Origin: an uncultured Alphaproteobacteria bacterium
GTDB taxonomy: Bacteria > Pseudomonadota > Alphaproteobacteria > HIMB59 > GCA-002718135
NCBI GenBank assembly: GCA_902524385.1
Contig: CABZCZ010000002.1
Span: forward strand, 38,596 to 102,595
Direction of reading: 5' to 3'
Length of the DNA stretch: 64,000 bases
The translations under genes and the position numbers were made by a program. The notes below the pieces were generated by a model. The model ran no database searches and was not told where the DNA came from. It saw only the letters and a list, made by a program, of their open reading frames with translations. Shown here one piece after another: positions 36,561 to 46,942 of this stretch. Each line of letters starts with the position of its first letter. The stretch's first letter is position 1.

Positions 36561-36671
36561 TAGGTCTTATATTTATATATCTTTCTAAGTCAATAAATCG
36601 TCATTTTTTAAAATAAATACTACTTTATTTTGATTTATCGTAAGATAGTTTGTAAAGAAACGTCCAAAATT

Positions 36672-38021
36672 ATGAAAAATAAAGAATTAGACAATTTAAG
36701 AAGTAAAATTAATAAAATTGATGATGAAATTTTATCTTTATTATCTAATCGATCTAAAATTGTTTTAGAAATAGGAAAACACAAAAAAGATAATTCAGTT
36801 GTTGATCTAGATAGAGAACAAAAAATTCTCGAAAGATTAAGCTCTAAATTTACAGGATCTTATCCAAAAGATACTATCGTTAGACTTTGGAGAGAAATTT
36901 TTCAATCTTCTGAAAAGCTTCAAAAATTAACCAAGGATAATATTCAATCAAAAAGATCTATAGAAAACATTAATGTTTATAAAGGTGGTAAGGCAAAATT
37001 AAATAACAATAAAAGAGTTATCAAACTTTCTTCAAATGAAAATCCATATGGTGCTTCACCAAAAGCAATTGAATTGCTAGAAACAAAAAATATTAATCAT
37101 GATTTACACAGATACCCAGAAATTGATGGATCATCATTAAGAGAAGCAATAGCTAAAAATTTTTCTATTGATAGTAATAGAATCATTCTTGGCTCAGGTT
37201 CAGATGAAGTTTTATTATTTGCAGCTTTGGCATTTTGTCAAGATGGCGATGAAATTCTCCACGCTAACCATGGCTTTGAGATGTATTCAATAGTCAGTAA
37301 AGTAGTTGGTGCAGTTCCAAAAAAAATTGAGGAAGATAGCAATTTTAATTTAAAGATTGAAAATCTCATAACTCAAATAAATGACGCTACTAAAGTAATT
37401 TATATTGCTTCACCTAATAATCCTACGGGAACTTATTTGTCTAGAGATCAACTTGTTAAATTAATGAATAGTATTTCTAAAAATATTATAGTTGTTATAG
37501 ACGGGGCATATGTCGAATATGTGCAAAAAGATGACTATGATAAAGGATTTAGTCTAACGGATGAATATGAGAATATTATTTTAACAAGAACATTTTCAAA
37601 AACATATGGACTAGCAGCTTTAAGAGTAGGCTGGTGTTATACCAGTCAAAAAATAGCTAACATTATTAATAAAATAAAACCTCCTTTTAATACGACAACT
37701 ATTTCACAGTCCCTAGCAATTAAAGCTTTGGAGGATAAAGAACATATTGAAAACTCCGTTAAATTAAATTCAGAAATTAAAAATAGGTTTGAAAAAGAGC
37801 TCAAGCTTCTAAATATTAAAACTAGAAAAACCGAAGGAAATTTTACTTTAATCGAAACTTCATTAGAAGAAGCTGAGAAAATTAGTAATCACCTTATGAA
37901 TGATGGCATTATAATAAGGCGTTTAAATAGTTATAATCTGCCTAATTTTCTAAGAATTAGTATTGGTACGAAAGAAGAAATGGATTTAACGATTGAAAGT
38001 TTGAAGAAACTCAATGTCTAA
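36672..38021 (+). CDS. fusion of chorismate mutase (AroQ) and a HisC-family aminotransferase
   Basis: The N-terminal ~90 aa (LDNLRSKINKIDDEILSLLSNRSKIVLEIGKHKK...REQKILERL) is AroQ-type CM. The remainder is a class-II aminotransferase (KLSSNENPYG, SPNNPTG, FSKTYGLAALRVG). ATG 36672 is preferred; an upstream TTG at 36630 is possible. Confidence 0.85.
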   Translation: MKNKELDNLRSKINKIDDEILSLLSNRSKIVLEIGKHKKDNSVVDLDREQKILERLSSKFTGSYPKDTIVRLWREIFQSSEKLQKLTKDNIQSKRSIENINVYKGGKAKLNNNKRVIKLSSNENPYGASPKAIELLETKNINHDLHRYPEIDGSSLREAIAKNFSIDSNRIILGSGSDEVLLFAALAFCQDGDEILHANHGFEMYSIVSKVVGAVPKKIEEDSNFNLKIENLITQINDATKVIYIASPNNPTGTYLSRDQLVKLMNSISKNIIVVIDGAYVEYVQKDDYDKGFSLTDEYENIILTRTFSKTYGLAALRVGWCYTSQKIANIINKIKPPFNTTTISQSLAIKALEDKEHIENSVKLNSEIKNRFEKELKLLNIKTRKTEGNFTLIETSLEEAEKISNHLMNDGIIIRRLNSYNLPNFLRISIGTKEEMDLTIESLKKLNV

Positions 38022-38925
38022 AATAACTTATGATTCGGCCCTGGTCATTGGCATGGGATTAATTGGATCATCCATAGCGAGGGCGCTGAAGGAAAAACAA
38101 TTATCAAAAAAAATTTTTGCTATTGACAGAGATAGTGAGGTAATAAGTATTTCAAAAAATTTAAATCTTGTGGATGCAATAGAGAGAGATCTAAATAAAT
38201 ATAATCAACAATTTGATATTATTTTTATTTGTACGCCTTTGAGTTCCTATAGGGATATATTTAATCAATTAAATAGTTATGTTAATGAAACAACACTAGT
38301 AACAGATGTTGGTTCAACAAAAGTAAGTGTTATAGAAGACTTTAACGAAACAACTAATAATAAAAAAATTTTATTTGTTCCTGCTCACCCTATTGCAGGA
38401 TTAGAGAAAAGTGGACCAGAATTTGGTTTCGCAAAGCTTTTTGAGAATAGGTATTGTATTTTGACCCCAATAGAAACTCAGAATGAGATAACAAGATCAA
38501 TTTCAAATATTTGGGAGTCATTTGGAATGAACATAGAAATCATGGAACCCAAACGTCATGACAGAGTATTAGCAATGACATCTCATATCCCACAACTCAT
38601 TGCTTATTCTGTAGTAGGCACTGCAACAGAGCTTGAATCTCAAATGAAAGATGAAGTAATTAAGTATTCAGCTGCAGGTTTTAGAGATTTCACAAGATTG
38701 GCAGGTAGTGATCCAGTAATGTGGCGTGATGTTTATGAAAAAAATAAAGAAGCCGTTTTAGAAATGCTTGGTCGTTTCAGTGAAGATCTACTTACTTATC
38801 AAAAAGCAATAAGGAATAATGATTTAAAATATTTGGAAGAAAAATTTATAAAATCAAAAGAAATTAGAAAAATTATTGAAGAGATTGGTCAAGCAGGAAC
38901 TTTTGATCCCACAGAAAAGAATTAG
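38014..38925 (+). CDS. tyrC: prephenate/arogenate (cyclohexadienyl) dehydrogenase
   Basis: Rossmann motif VIGMGLIGSSIA, HPIAG catalytic His context, and the usual pairing with a HisC-like gene. Confidence 0.88.
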   Translation: MSKITYDSALVIGMGLIGSSIARALKEKQLSKKIFAIDRDSEVISISKNLNLVDAIERDLNKYNQQFDIIFICTPLSSYRDIFNQLNSYVNETTLVTDVGSTKVSVIEDFNETTNNKKILFVPAHPIAGLEKSGPEFGFAKLFENRYCILTPIETQNEITRSISNIWESFGMNIEIMEPKRHDRVLAMTSHIPQLIAYSVVGTATELESQMKDEVIKYSAAGFRDFTRLAGSDPVMWRDVYEKNKEAVLEMLGRFSEDLLTYQKAIRNNDLKYLEEKFIKSKEIRKIIEEIGQAGTFDPTEKN

Positions 38926-39629
38926 TTATCCAATAATAAATTTGAAGCAGTTTCTATTCTATTTTGAACTTCGTTTAATAAAATCTTTTTATCTAATCCT
39001 TCATCAATTGTTGGTAAAAATTTTATAGTAATTAATCCTTTTTTTAATACCCATGATTGTTTTGGCCAACATAAACCTGAATTTAAAGCCACAGGAAGGA
39101 TTTTTCTTTTTGTATGATTATAAATTCCAATAAAACCTGTCTTATAATCAGGTTTACTACCAGGTAACTTTCTTGTTCCTTCGGGAAAAATAATAATTGA
39201 CGATCCAAAAGATAATTTTGATTGAACTTTTTGTAACATATCTCTCATAGCTTTTGTTCCCCCATCTCTATTAATCGCAACCATATTAGACTTGAATAAA
39301 TATTGGCCAAAAATTGGTATAAAGAAAAGTTCTCTTTTATGGATAAAGAAACAATCTTTTAAATAGTAATAGAGTGCGAGTGTCTCAAATGCGGACTGAT
39401 GTTTAGACGCAATTAAGACACTTTCATTTGTAATATTTTCTAAACCCTCAATTTTATGTTTAATATTACATATAAGATTAAGAAAAACAAAAATAATACG
39501 TATCCAAAGTTTCGTTGGATATTTAAGTAAATAACTTGGTAAAAATAGGAAAGGTAAACATACAATACCCATCAACACAGTCCATATAACTAAGGAAATA
39601 TAAAATATTATACTTTTTAAAATTAACAT
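38922..39629 (-). CDS. plsC: 1-acyl-sn-glycerol-3-phosphate acyltransferase
   Basis: N-terminal TM helix, acyltransferase block I variant SKHQSAFET, block III FPEGTR. Confidence 0.85.
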   Translation of the reverse strand: MLILKSIIFYISLVIWTVLMGIVCLPFLFLPSYLLKYPTKLWIRIIFVFLNLICNIKHKIEGLENITNESVLIASKHQSAFETLALYYYLKDCFFIHKRELFFIPIFGQYLFKSNMVAINRDGGTKAMRDMLQKVQSKLSFGSSIIIFPEGTRKLPGSKPDYKTGFIGIYNHTKRKILPVALNSGLCWPKQSWVLKKGLITIKFLPTIDEGLDKKILLNEVQNRIETASNLLLDN

Positions 39630-39679
39630 ACTTTATGATTTTGTTTTATATACTAGCCTGACTGATCTATATATAATTT

Positions 39680-40123
39680 ATGTTCATTGTTTGCTCTAAT
39701 TGTGAATTCAAGTATTTAGTAAATTCTGCAGATCTTAAACCAAATGGTAGAATGGTTGAATGTGCAAATTGTAATCATCAATGGTTTCAAGAATTAGATG
39801 ATACTGACATTACATCATCAGTCCCGTCTACAAAAAAAGAAGAATTAGATCAAAATTTAAATAATAATAAACAAAAAGAAAAATTAGAAAAAGGTCCAGT
39901 CAGAAATTTACCAAGTACAGTTGTAAGACAAGAAAAACCAAGTGTTATTAATTCAACTATAGTAATTATTCTAGCTATAGTTATAATTTTAGCAATATGG
40001 ATTTATCGATCCTACGGTGTAAATACTTTTATTATTATTGATTTCTATATTAGGGAATTCTTCTTTAATTTAAATTTGATAATTTCAGACTTAGCTAAAA
40101 TTATACATAATACTTTAAATTAG
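39680..40123 (+). CDS. MJ0042-type zinc-ribbon membrane protein
   Basis: N-terminal CxxC..CxxC ribbon (MFIVCSNCEFKYLV...VECANCNHQWF), a charged linker, then one TM helix. Confidence 0.7.
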   Translation: MFIVCSNCEFKYLVNSADLKPNGRMVECANCNHQWFQELDDTDITSSVPSTKKEELDQNLNNNKQKEKLEKGPVRNLPSTVVRQEKPSVINSTIVIILAIVIILAIWIYRSYGVNTFIIIDFYIREFFFNLNLIISDLAKIIHNTLN

Positions 40124-41365
40124 TTACAACCAGCTAGGAATAATATCAGCTTCAATTGTTTTCTCAATTTTCTCTGGAGAATAAATAATTGCATAATTAT
40201 CATTGTGTACTAAAATTTCAGAGGGCAGTGGTCTAGAGTTATAATTTGAAGACATTACTTTTCCATAGGCTCCTGTATTTTTTATAACTAGTAGATTACC
40301 AATTTTTTGTTTAGCCAATTTAATATTTTTTAAAAAAACATCTGAACTTTCACAAATAGGACCAGCAATAGCATAATCCATAAATTCCTCTGAGTTTACA
40401 TTTATCGCTGATATTTCATGATGTGCACCGTACATCGCTGGACGTATCAATGTATTCATACCAGCATCAACAATTAAATAATTTATACCTCCATTATTCT
40501 TAATTGTAAGAATAGAGGTAACTGTAACTCCAGCCTCAGCAATTAAATATCGACCAGGCTCAAACGATAATTCATAGTTTGTTTGCGTAAAACAATTATC
40601 AAGCTCTTCTTTTACCTTCTTGATATTAAAGTCAGGATCAGAATCTTCATATTTAACATGAAAACCTCCTCCCAAATCTACATGTTTAATATTAATGCCT
40701 GATTCAATAAATTTATCTGCAGCCATTTTCATTTGAGAAAATGTATTTTTATATGCCTCATTTTTACTAATTTGACTTCCAATATGACAACTAATACCAA
40801 TTAAATTTAAACTTTTGCAACTTTTAACTAATTTGATAATTTTATCTATGTTATCGAATTCTATACCAAACTTATCAGTTTTTTTTCCTGTTGAAATTTT
40901 ACTTAAAGTTTCACCATCAACATCTGGATTAAGTCTAACACCAATATTAACGATTTTATTTTTTTCATTTGCTAAATTATCGAGAAGTTTTATTTCTTCT
41001 AAAGATTCAGTATTAATTAAACGTATATTTTTATGTATAGCATAGAGTAAGTCTTGATCAGATTTTCCAACACCTTCAAAAATTATTTTATTTGGATCGA
41101 AACCAGCTTCCAAAGCTCTTTTTAATTCACCAACTGACACTACATCTGCTCCAATATCTAACGAGTTCATTAATTTCAAAATAGCTTGATTTGAATTAGA
41201 CTTAATTGAATAAAAAATATTGTTACCTAAAATTTCTTTAGTTTTATTAACTTGATTAATAATTTTTTGTTGTGAATACACATAAAAAGGTGTCGGACAA
41301 ACTTTAACTAAGTCATATAAAGAAGTACCCTCAATATACGGGTCATTATTTTTATAAGTGAGCAT
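40124..41365 (-). CDS. lysA: diaminopimelate decarboxylase
   Basis: Orn/DAP/Arg decarboxylase fold with a YSIKSN PLP-Lys context, GGGF, and a CESSD-type motif (ICESSDVF). Confidence 0.94.
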   Translation of the reverse strand: MLTYKNNDPYIEGTSLYDLVKVCPTPFYVYSQQKIINQVNKTKEILGNNIFYSIKSNSNQAILKLMNSLDIGADVVSVGELKRALEAGFDPNKIIFEGVGKSDQDLLYAIHKNIRLINTESLEEIKLLDNLANEKNKIVNIGVRLNPDVDGETLSKISTGKKTDKFGIEFDNIDKIIKLVKSCKSLNLIGISCHIGSQISKNEAYKNTFSQMKMAADKFIESGINIKHVDLGGGFHVKYEDSDPDFNIKKVKEELDNCFTQTNYELSFEPGRYLIAEAGVTVTSILTIKNNGGINYLIVDAGMNTLIRPAMYGAHHEISAINVNSEEFMDYAIAGPICESSDVFLKNIKLAKQKIGNLLVIKNTGAYGKVMSSNYNSRPLPSEILVHNDNYAIIYSPEKIEKTIEADIIPSWL

Positions 41366-41551
41366 TTATTCAGTGTTTATAATAACGGATTGTTGACGTT
41401 TTTTCTCTTCTTCTAATTTCTCTAAACAGGCTTTATCACATGGATATGTAATTACCGATTTGTCTACTTGATCTTCTGGTAAACTTAAAGGACCAACTTT
41501 ACCACAGCTAAAAGTAAACAACAAAAATGATAATAATATTAATCTGATCAT
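41366..41551 (-). CDS. small lipoprotein (LptM/YifL-like)
   Basis: Lipobox LFTFSC followed by GKVGPLSLP, matching the CG.KGPL..P pattern of small lipoproteins commonly found between argH and lysA. Confidence 0.6.
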   Translation of the reverse strand: MIRLILLSFLLFTFSCGKVGPLSLPEDQVDKSVITYPCDKACLEKLEEEKKRQQSVIINTE

Positions 41552-42933
41552 TATAAGTATTTTTTTATAACAAGTTTTATCATTTTTTTAGTAATTTCAG
41601 GAGCCGTACCCCCAAAACTTGATTTTGATTTAACACTGTTAGTAGTTGATAGCACTTTTTTTGCGTCAGCTGTTATATTTTTGTCAAATTTTTTTAATTC
41701 TCCAAGAGACAATGAATCTATGTTTCTATCTTGTTTTGAACAATAAGAAACAATCTTTCCTGTAACAACATAAGCATCTCTAAATGAATATCTAAGATTT
41801 TGAACCAACCAATTAGCCAAATCGGTAGCGGTTGCATTTGAATTATCAATCAACTCTTTCATTCTAGTTTTGTTGAATGTAGATTTTGATAAAATTTCAT
41901 TCATAACTTTTATACACAAAGAAACATTGTCGTATGAATTAAATGTTATTTGTTTATCGTCTTGTAAGTCTTTACTATAAGAAAGTGGTAACCCTTTAAT
42001 AATATTAAGCATTGAACTTAAATTACTAATGATGATACTTGTTTTTCCTCTAACAAGCTCTGCACCATCTGGATTTTTTTTCTGAGGCATAATTGAACTA
42101 CCAGTTGAAAGATCATCTGGTAAATTGATAAAATTAAATTGTTGATTTGACCAAAGTACTATTTCCTCTGCTATTTTTGATAAATGAACAGCAATTAGTG
42201 ATAGAACAAATAAAAATTCTATTACAAAGTCTCTGTCTGAGACAGTGTCCATAGCATTTTTTGTTGGCTCTCTAAATCCCAACTCTTTAGTTGTATATTT
42301 TCTATCAATAGGAAAAGAAGTCCCTGCAAGTGCAGCTGCACCTAATGGGTTTTCATTAAGACGATATAAACAATCTTCAAGTCTTGTTCTGTCTCTACCA
42401 ATCATTTCAACGTAAGCTAAAACATGATGAGCCAATGTTATTGGTTGAGCAATCTGTAAATGAGTGTAACCTGGCATAATTGTTTCAGTATTTTTTGTTG
42501 CAATATTAATTAAAGTTCTCTGAAATTTTTTTAGTTCACTATCTAAAATTTTAGATTCTTTTTTAACCCATAATTTTAAATCAGTTACTACCTGATCATT
42601 TCTAGATCTTGCAGTATGAAGCTTTCCTGCAATTTTTCCAATTTTCTTAAATAATAAACTTTCAATGTTCATATGAATATCTTCAAGTTTTTTTGAAAAT
42701 ACGACCTTGTTTTTTTCAATATCTCTTTCAATTGCTTTAAGTCCAGAGACTATAGCACTTTGTTCTTTTTTATTTATTATTTTTTGTTTACCGAGCATTC
42801 TAGTATGCGCTATTGACCCAGTTATATCTTCTTTATACAGACGTTGATCGATATCTATAGACGTATTAATTGTATCTAAAATCTCACTAGGTCCTTTTGA
42901 AAAATGGACATTTCTTGAAGGATTTTTTTTCAT
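41551..42933 (-). CDS. argH: argininosuccinate lyase
   Basis: Fumarate-lyase signature GSSIMPQKKNPD, 460 aa. Confidence 0.96.
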   Translation of the reverse strand: MKKNPSRNVHFSKGPSEILDTINTSIDIDQRLYKEDITGSIAHTRMLGKQKIINKKEQSAIVSGLKAIERDIEKNKVVFSKKLEDIHMNIESLLFKKIGKIAGKLHTARSRNDQVVTDLKLWVKKESKILDSELKKFQRTLINIATKNTETIMPGYTHLQIAQPITLAHHVLAYVEMIGRDRTRLEDCLYRLNENPLGAAALAGTSFPIDRKYTTKELGFREPTKNAMDTVSDRDFVIEFLFVLSLIAVHLSKIAEEIVLWSNQQFNFINLPDDLSTGSSIMPQKKNPDGAELVRGKTSIIISNLSSMLNIIKGLPLSYSKDLQDDKQITFNSYDNVSLCIKVMNEILSKSTFNKTRMKELIDNSNATATDLANWLVQNLRYSFRDAYVVTGKIVSYCSKQDRNIDSLSLGELKKFDKNITADAKKVLSTTNSVKSKSSFGGTAPEITKKMIKLVIKKYL

Positions 42934-43037
42934 TTTGCGCGCCTATAAGAGATATTTATATTAATTTCCACCCTTATGCTTAAATTATTTTCATACGGCA
43001 AATTTTTCTTATATAAGCTCACCTTTATAGAACTCAC

Positions 43038-45272
43038 ATGAATATTAAAAAAGTAGTAGTAATAGGATCTGGCACTATGGGCAGTGGAATCGCAGCCCAA
43101 ATAGCAAATGCTAATATTGATGTTACACTTCTAGACTTACCTTCAAAAGAAGGATCTAGAAACCAAATTACAGAAAACGCTAAAGAAAGAATTAAAAAAT
43201 CACGACCTCCGCTTTTAGTAGAAAAAAACAAAGCAGAATTAATTAAGGTTGGAAATATCGAGGATGACTTTAATGAAGTTGCGGAAGCTGATTGGGTTGT
43301 GGAGGCTGTTGTTGAGAGAATAGATATTAAACATAACATTTATAATAAAATTCAGACTACAAGAAAGAACAATTCTATAATTTCATCTAATACATCTACA
43401 ATTCCATTGAAAATCTTATCTGCAAATATGTCAGATGAAATGAAAAAAAATTTTTGCATTACCCATTTTTTTAACCCAGTTCGATATATGGCATTGCTCG
43501 AGATAGTAACTGAAGAAGTTAATGACATTGAAAAAATAAATTTATTAAAACAATTTTGTGATGAAAAACTTGGTAAAGGTGTAATTATTTGTAACGACAC
43601 TCCAGGATTTATTGGAAACAGAATTGGAGTTTATGCAATGCAAGTTGCTATGACTGAAGCTTTTAAGATGAAGATATCAATTGAAGAAGCTGATGTGGTA
43701 TTTGGAAGACCAATGGGTATCCCGAAGACTGGAATCTTTGGGCTATACGATTTAATTGGTATCGATTTGATGGCTGATGTTTTAAAAAGTTTTATCAAAG
43801 AACTCCCAAAAGAAGATCCTTTCCACGAGGTTGCACAAGAAATTGCATTGGTCACAAAACTTATTGAAACTGGGTATACAGGAAGAAAAGGTAAGGGTGG
43901 TTTTTATAGAATGAATAAATCTGATGGTAAAAAAATTCTTGAAGCTATTAATTTAGAAACTGGCGAATATCACCCAAGTCAGAAAATTAATTTAGGTATG
44001 GGAGATAAAATTGACATAAATAAACTCATTCAAAGAAAAGACAAATACGGTAAATATGCAAAATCAATTCTGACAAAAGTTATTAGGTATGCTGCATATT
44101 TAATCCCTGATGTATCATCAAAATATATAGACATAGATGATGCACTAAGATTAGGTTTTAATTGGACTGTTGGCCCTTTTGAAATGCTTTCAAATATTGA
44201 TACAAAAAATTTTATTGATCAAAATACTGATATTAACTTCTTTAAAAATCTAAAGGGAGTTTTTGAATTTAATAAAAGACCTGGATATTTAGATTCAAGT
44301 ATTGATAATTTAAGATCTTTAAATTTACAAAAAACTTTTGAGAACCCTTCTGCTAATATCAAAAATGCTTTATCATATCAGGTTGTTGAATTTACTACTA
44401 AGGCAAACGCTTTAGATACTGACTCTATGTTAGCTTTAAAAGAAGCTGCTCAAAATAATAAAAGCACAATTGTGATTAATGATGCAATGCAATTTTCTGC
44501 TGGTGTAAATTTAAATTATGTCATGGAATTTGCTAAAAATAATGAATGGTCTAAAATTGAAAAATTTATAATTGATTTCCAACAAACGTGTAAAACAATA
44601 AAATATGCAGATAAGCCTTTTATTGCTGCGCCATCAGGACTTGCTATTGGCGGTGGTTTTGAAGTGGTATTGCATTGTGATTATAACGTTGCTCATACAA
44701 ATGTTGTTCTTGGACTAGTTGAATCTTTAGTTGGACTCATTCCTGCTGGTGGGGGTTGTAAGGAAATGCTGTGGCGTTGGTTACAAACTCCAGAAGGTAA
44801 AGAAAATTCTGAACATGCGTCTATGAAAGTTTTTGATCTTATTGGTTATGCTATTACTGCTACCTCACCAAATGAAGCGCTGCCAAATCAATTCTTTTTA
44901 GAAAAGGATAAGGTTGTAATAAATAGAGACAGACAATTATCAACGGCTATCGATTTATTAAATAATATTGAGGGAGGTTATGAAAAACCATCTCAACCTA
45001 AATTCAATTTAGGCGGTAGTGCTGTCAGAGATAAAATGTTTGAAAAACTTGAAGCACTATATAATGAAAATAAAATTTTAGACCACGGATTAGAAGTAGG
45101 TAAGCAGATTGCTTTTGTACTTAGTGGTGGAAATACAAATATTGATAATGAATTAAGTGAAGATGATCTTTATAATCTTGAATTGGAAGCTTTCATGAGA
45201 CTTATCCAGATGCCTAAAACTCAAGAGCGAATAAAACATACACTTGAAACTGGAAAACCATTAGTAAATTAA
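43038..45272 (+). CDS. fused 3-hydroxyacyl-CoA dehydrogenase (N-terminal) / enoyl-CoA hydratase (C-terminal)
   Basis: VVVIGSGTMGSGIAAQIA Rossmann motif and a 3HCDH C-domain, then a crotonase fold (FSAGVNL, GLAIGGGFEVVLHCD). Confidence 0.88.
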   Translation: MNIKKVVVIGSGTMGSGIAAQIANANIDVTLLDLPSKEGSRNQITENAKERIKKSRPPLLVEKNKAELIKVGNIEDDFNEVAEADWVVEAVVERIDIKHNIYNKIQTTRKNNSIISSNTSTIPLKILSANMSDEMKKNFCITHFFNPVRYMALLEIVTEEVNDIEKINLLKQFCDEKLGKGVIICNDTPGFIGNRIGVYAMQVAMTEAFKMKISIEEADVVFGRPMGIPKTGIFGLYDLIGIDLMADVLKSFIKELPKEDPFHEVAQEIALVTKLIETGYTGRKGKGGFYRMNKSDGKKILEAINLETGEYHPSQKINLGMGDKIDINKLIQRKDKYGKYAKSILTKVIRYAAYLIPDVSSKYIDIDDALRLGFNWTVGPFEMLSNIDTKNFIDQNTDINFFKNLKGVFEFNKRPGYLDSSIDNLRSLNLQKTFENPSANIKNALSYQVVEFTTKANALDTDSMLALKEAAQNNKSTIVINDAMQFSAGVNLNYVMEFAKNNEWSKIEKFIIDFQQTCKTIKYADKPFIAAPSGLAIGGGFEVVLHCDYNVAHTNVVLGLVESLVGLIPAGGGCKEMLWRWLQTPEGKENSEHASMKVFDLIGYAITATSPNEALPNQFFLEKDKVVINRDRQLSTAIDLLNNIEGGYEKPSQPKFNLGGSAVRDKMFEKLEALYNENKILDHGLEVGKQIAFVLSGGNTNIDNELSEDDLYNLELEAFMRLIQMPKTQERIKHTLETGKPLVN

Positions 45273-45310
45273 ATTAATTTCTTGTAGTATTTGATCCTTT
45301 TAGGAAACAG

Positions 45311-46942
45311 ATGAGTAATTTTGATACAAACCTAGATAAAAATTCAGCCAATTTTGTTCCACTATCACCATTAAGTTTTATAACTCGCGTGAAAGATATT
45401 TATCCAAACTATGACTCTTTAGTTTATGGAAAAAGAAGTTACACTTGGCTTGAAACCTATAAACGATGTACCAAGTTTGCTAGTGCATTAGCAAAAAAAG
45501 GAATTACAAAAGGAAGTACTGTTTCAATCATAGCGGCAAATACTCCAGAATTATTCGAAGCACATTATTCTATCCCAATGACTGGAGGCGTTATTAATAC
45601 GATCAATACTAGACTTGATGCAAATACAATTGCGTATATTCTGGATCATAGTGATGCAAAACTTCTTATAACTGATACTCAATTTTCACCTACAATGAAA
45701 AAAGCTTTAAAAATATATGGGAAGAATATTCCTATTATTGACATTCATGATGATCAGGCAATTTTTAAAGATGGTGAGGGTGAACAAATTGGAGAAATGA
45801 CATATGAAGAATTTTTACAAACAGGTGATGACAATTATAATTGGTTTTTACCTGAAGATGAATGGCAAGCAATCTCACTAAGCTATACATCAGGCACAAC
45901 TGGTAAACCAAAAGGTGTTGTGTATCACCACCGTGGATCATATTTAATGTCTACAGGAAGTGTTACGGCATGGAACATGCCTAATAAATTAACATTTCTT
46001 TATACTGTTCCAATGTTCCACTGTAACGGATGGGGCTACCCTTGGACAGCCGCTTTAATACATGCAAAGATTATTTGCTGCAGGTACATTGTTGCAAAAG
46101 ATATTTATAATTTAATAGATAAATACAAAGTAACTCATTTTGGAGGCGCTCCTATAGTTTTAAGTTTAATTGCTAATGCTGATGAAAAAGATAAAAAAGA
46201 AATAAATCATAAAGTATATGTATTAACTGCTGGTGCTCCACCAACGAGTGCAATTCTTGAAAAGATGGATAACTTAGGTTTTGAAGTTATGCATGTATAT
46301 GGATTAACTGAAACATACGGTCATATCCTTCAGTGTGCTTGGAATGAAGAATGGGAATTACAATCAAAATCTGAAAAAGCTGATATTAAAGCAAGACAAG
46401 GTGTTCGTTACCCAAATACTGAAGAAGTATGTGTTGCTGATCCAGAGACCTATGAAAAAGTTCCGATGGATGGAGAAACCATGGGAGAGATTTTAATTCG
46501 AGGTAATGTAGTAATGAAAGGATATTATAAAAATAAAGATGCGACTGAAACATCCATGAAAAAGGGATGGTTTCACTCTGGTGATTTGGCAGTTGTCTAT
46601 CCTGATGGATATATTCAAATAAAAGATAGATCGAAAGATATTATAATTTCTGGTGGAGAAAATATTTCATCTGTGGAAGTGGAGAATGTTGTTGCAAAAC
46701 ATCCAGCTGTTTCCTTGGTTGCAGTAGTAGCCAAACCAGATGAGAAATGGGGTGAAACACCTTGTGCTTTTGTAGAATTAGCACCTGGAAAAAATGCCAC
46801 AGAAGAGGATATAATTCAGTTTTGCAAAGAAAATATGGCTGGATTTAAAAGACCAAAGCATGTAATCTTTGGTGAATTACCAAAAACTTCAACAGGGAAG
46901 ATACAAAAGTTTGAATTAAGAACAAAAGCAAAGGAGTTATAA
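45311..46942 (+). CDS. AMP-forming acyl-CoA synthetase, DmdB-like (methylmercaptopropionate-CoA ligase family candidate)
   Basis: AMP-binding motif YTSGTTGKPKGV. The N-terminal NFVPLSPLSFI...ANTPE..EAHY.IPM.GGV.N.INTRLD pattern resembles DmdB-type medium-chain ligases as I recall them. Substrate is not provable from sequence. Confidence 0.85.
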   Translation: MSNFDTNLDKNSANFVPLSPLSFITRVKDIYPNYDSLVYGKRSYTWLETYKRCTKFASALAKKGITKGSTVSIIAANTPELFEAHYSIPMTGGVINTINTRLDANTIAYILDHSDAKLLITDTQFSPTMKKALKIYGKNIPIIDIHDDQAIFKDGEGEQIGEMTYEEFLQTGDDNYNWFLPEDEWQAISLSYTSGTTGKPKGVVYHHRGSYLMSTGSVTAWNMPNKLTFLYTVPMFHCNGWGYPWTAALIHAKIICCRYIVAKDIYNLIDKYKVTHFGGAPIVLSLIANADEKDKKEINHKVYVLTAGAPPTSAILEKMDNLGFEVMHVYGLTETYGHILQCAWNEEWELQSKSEKADIKARQGVRYPNTEEVCVADPETYEKVPMDGETMGEILIRGNVVMKGYYKNKDATETSMKKGWFHSGDLAVVYPDGYIQIKDRSKDIIISGGENISSVEVENVVAKHPAVSLVAVVAKPDEKWGETPCAFVELAPGKNATEEDIIQFCKENMAGFKRPKHVIFGELPKTSTGKIQKFELRTKAKEL

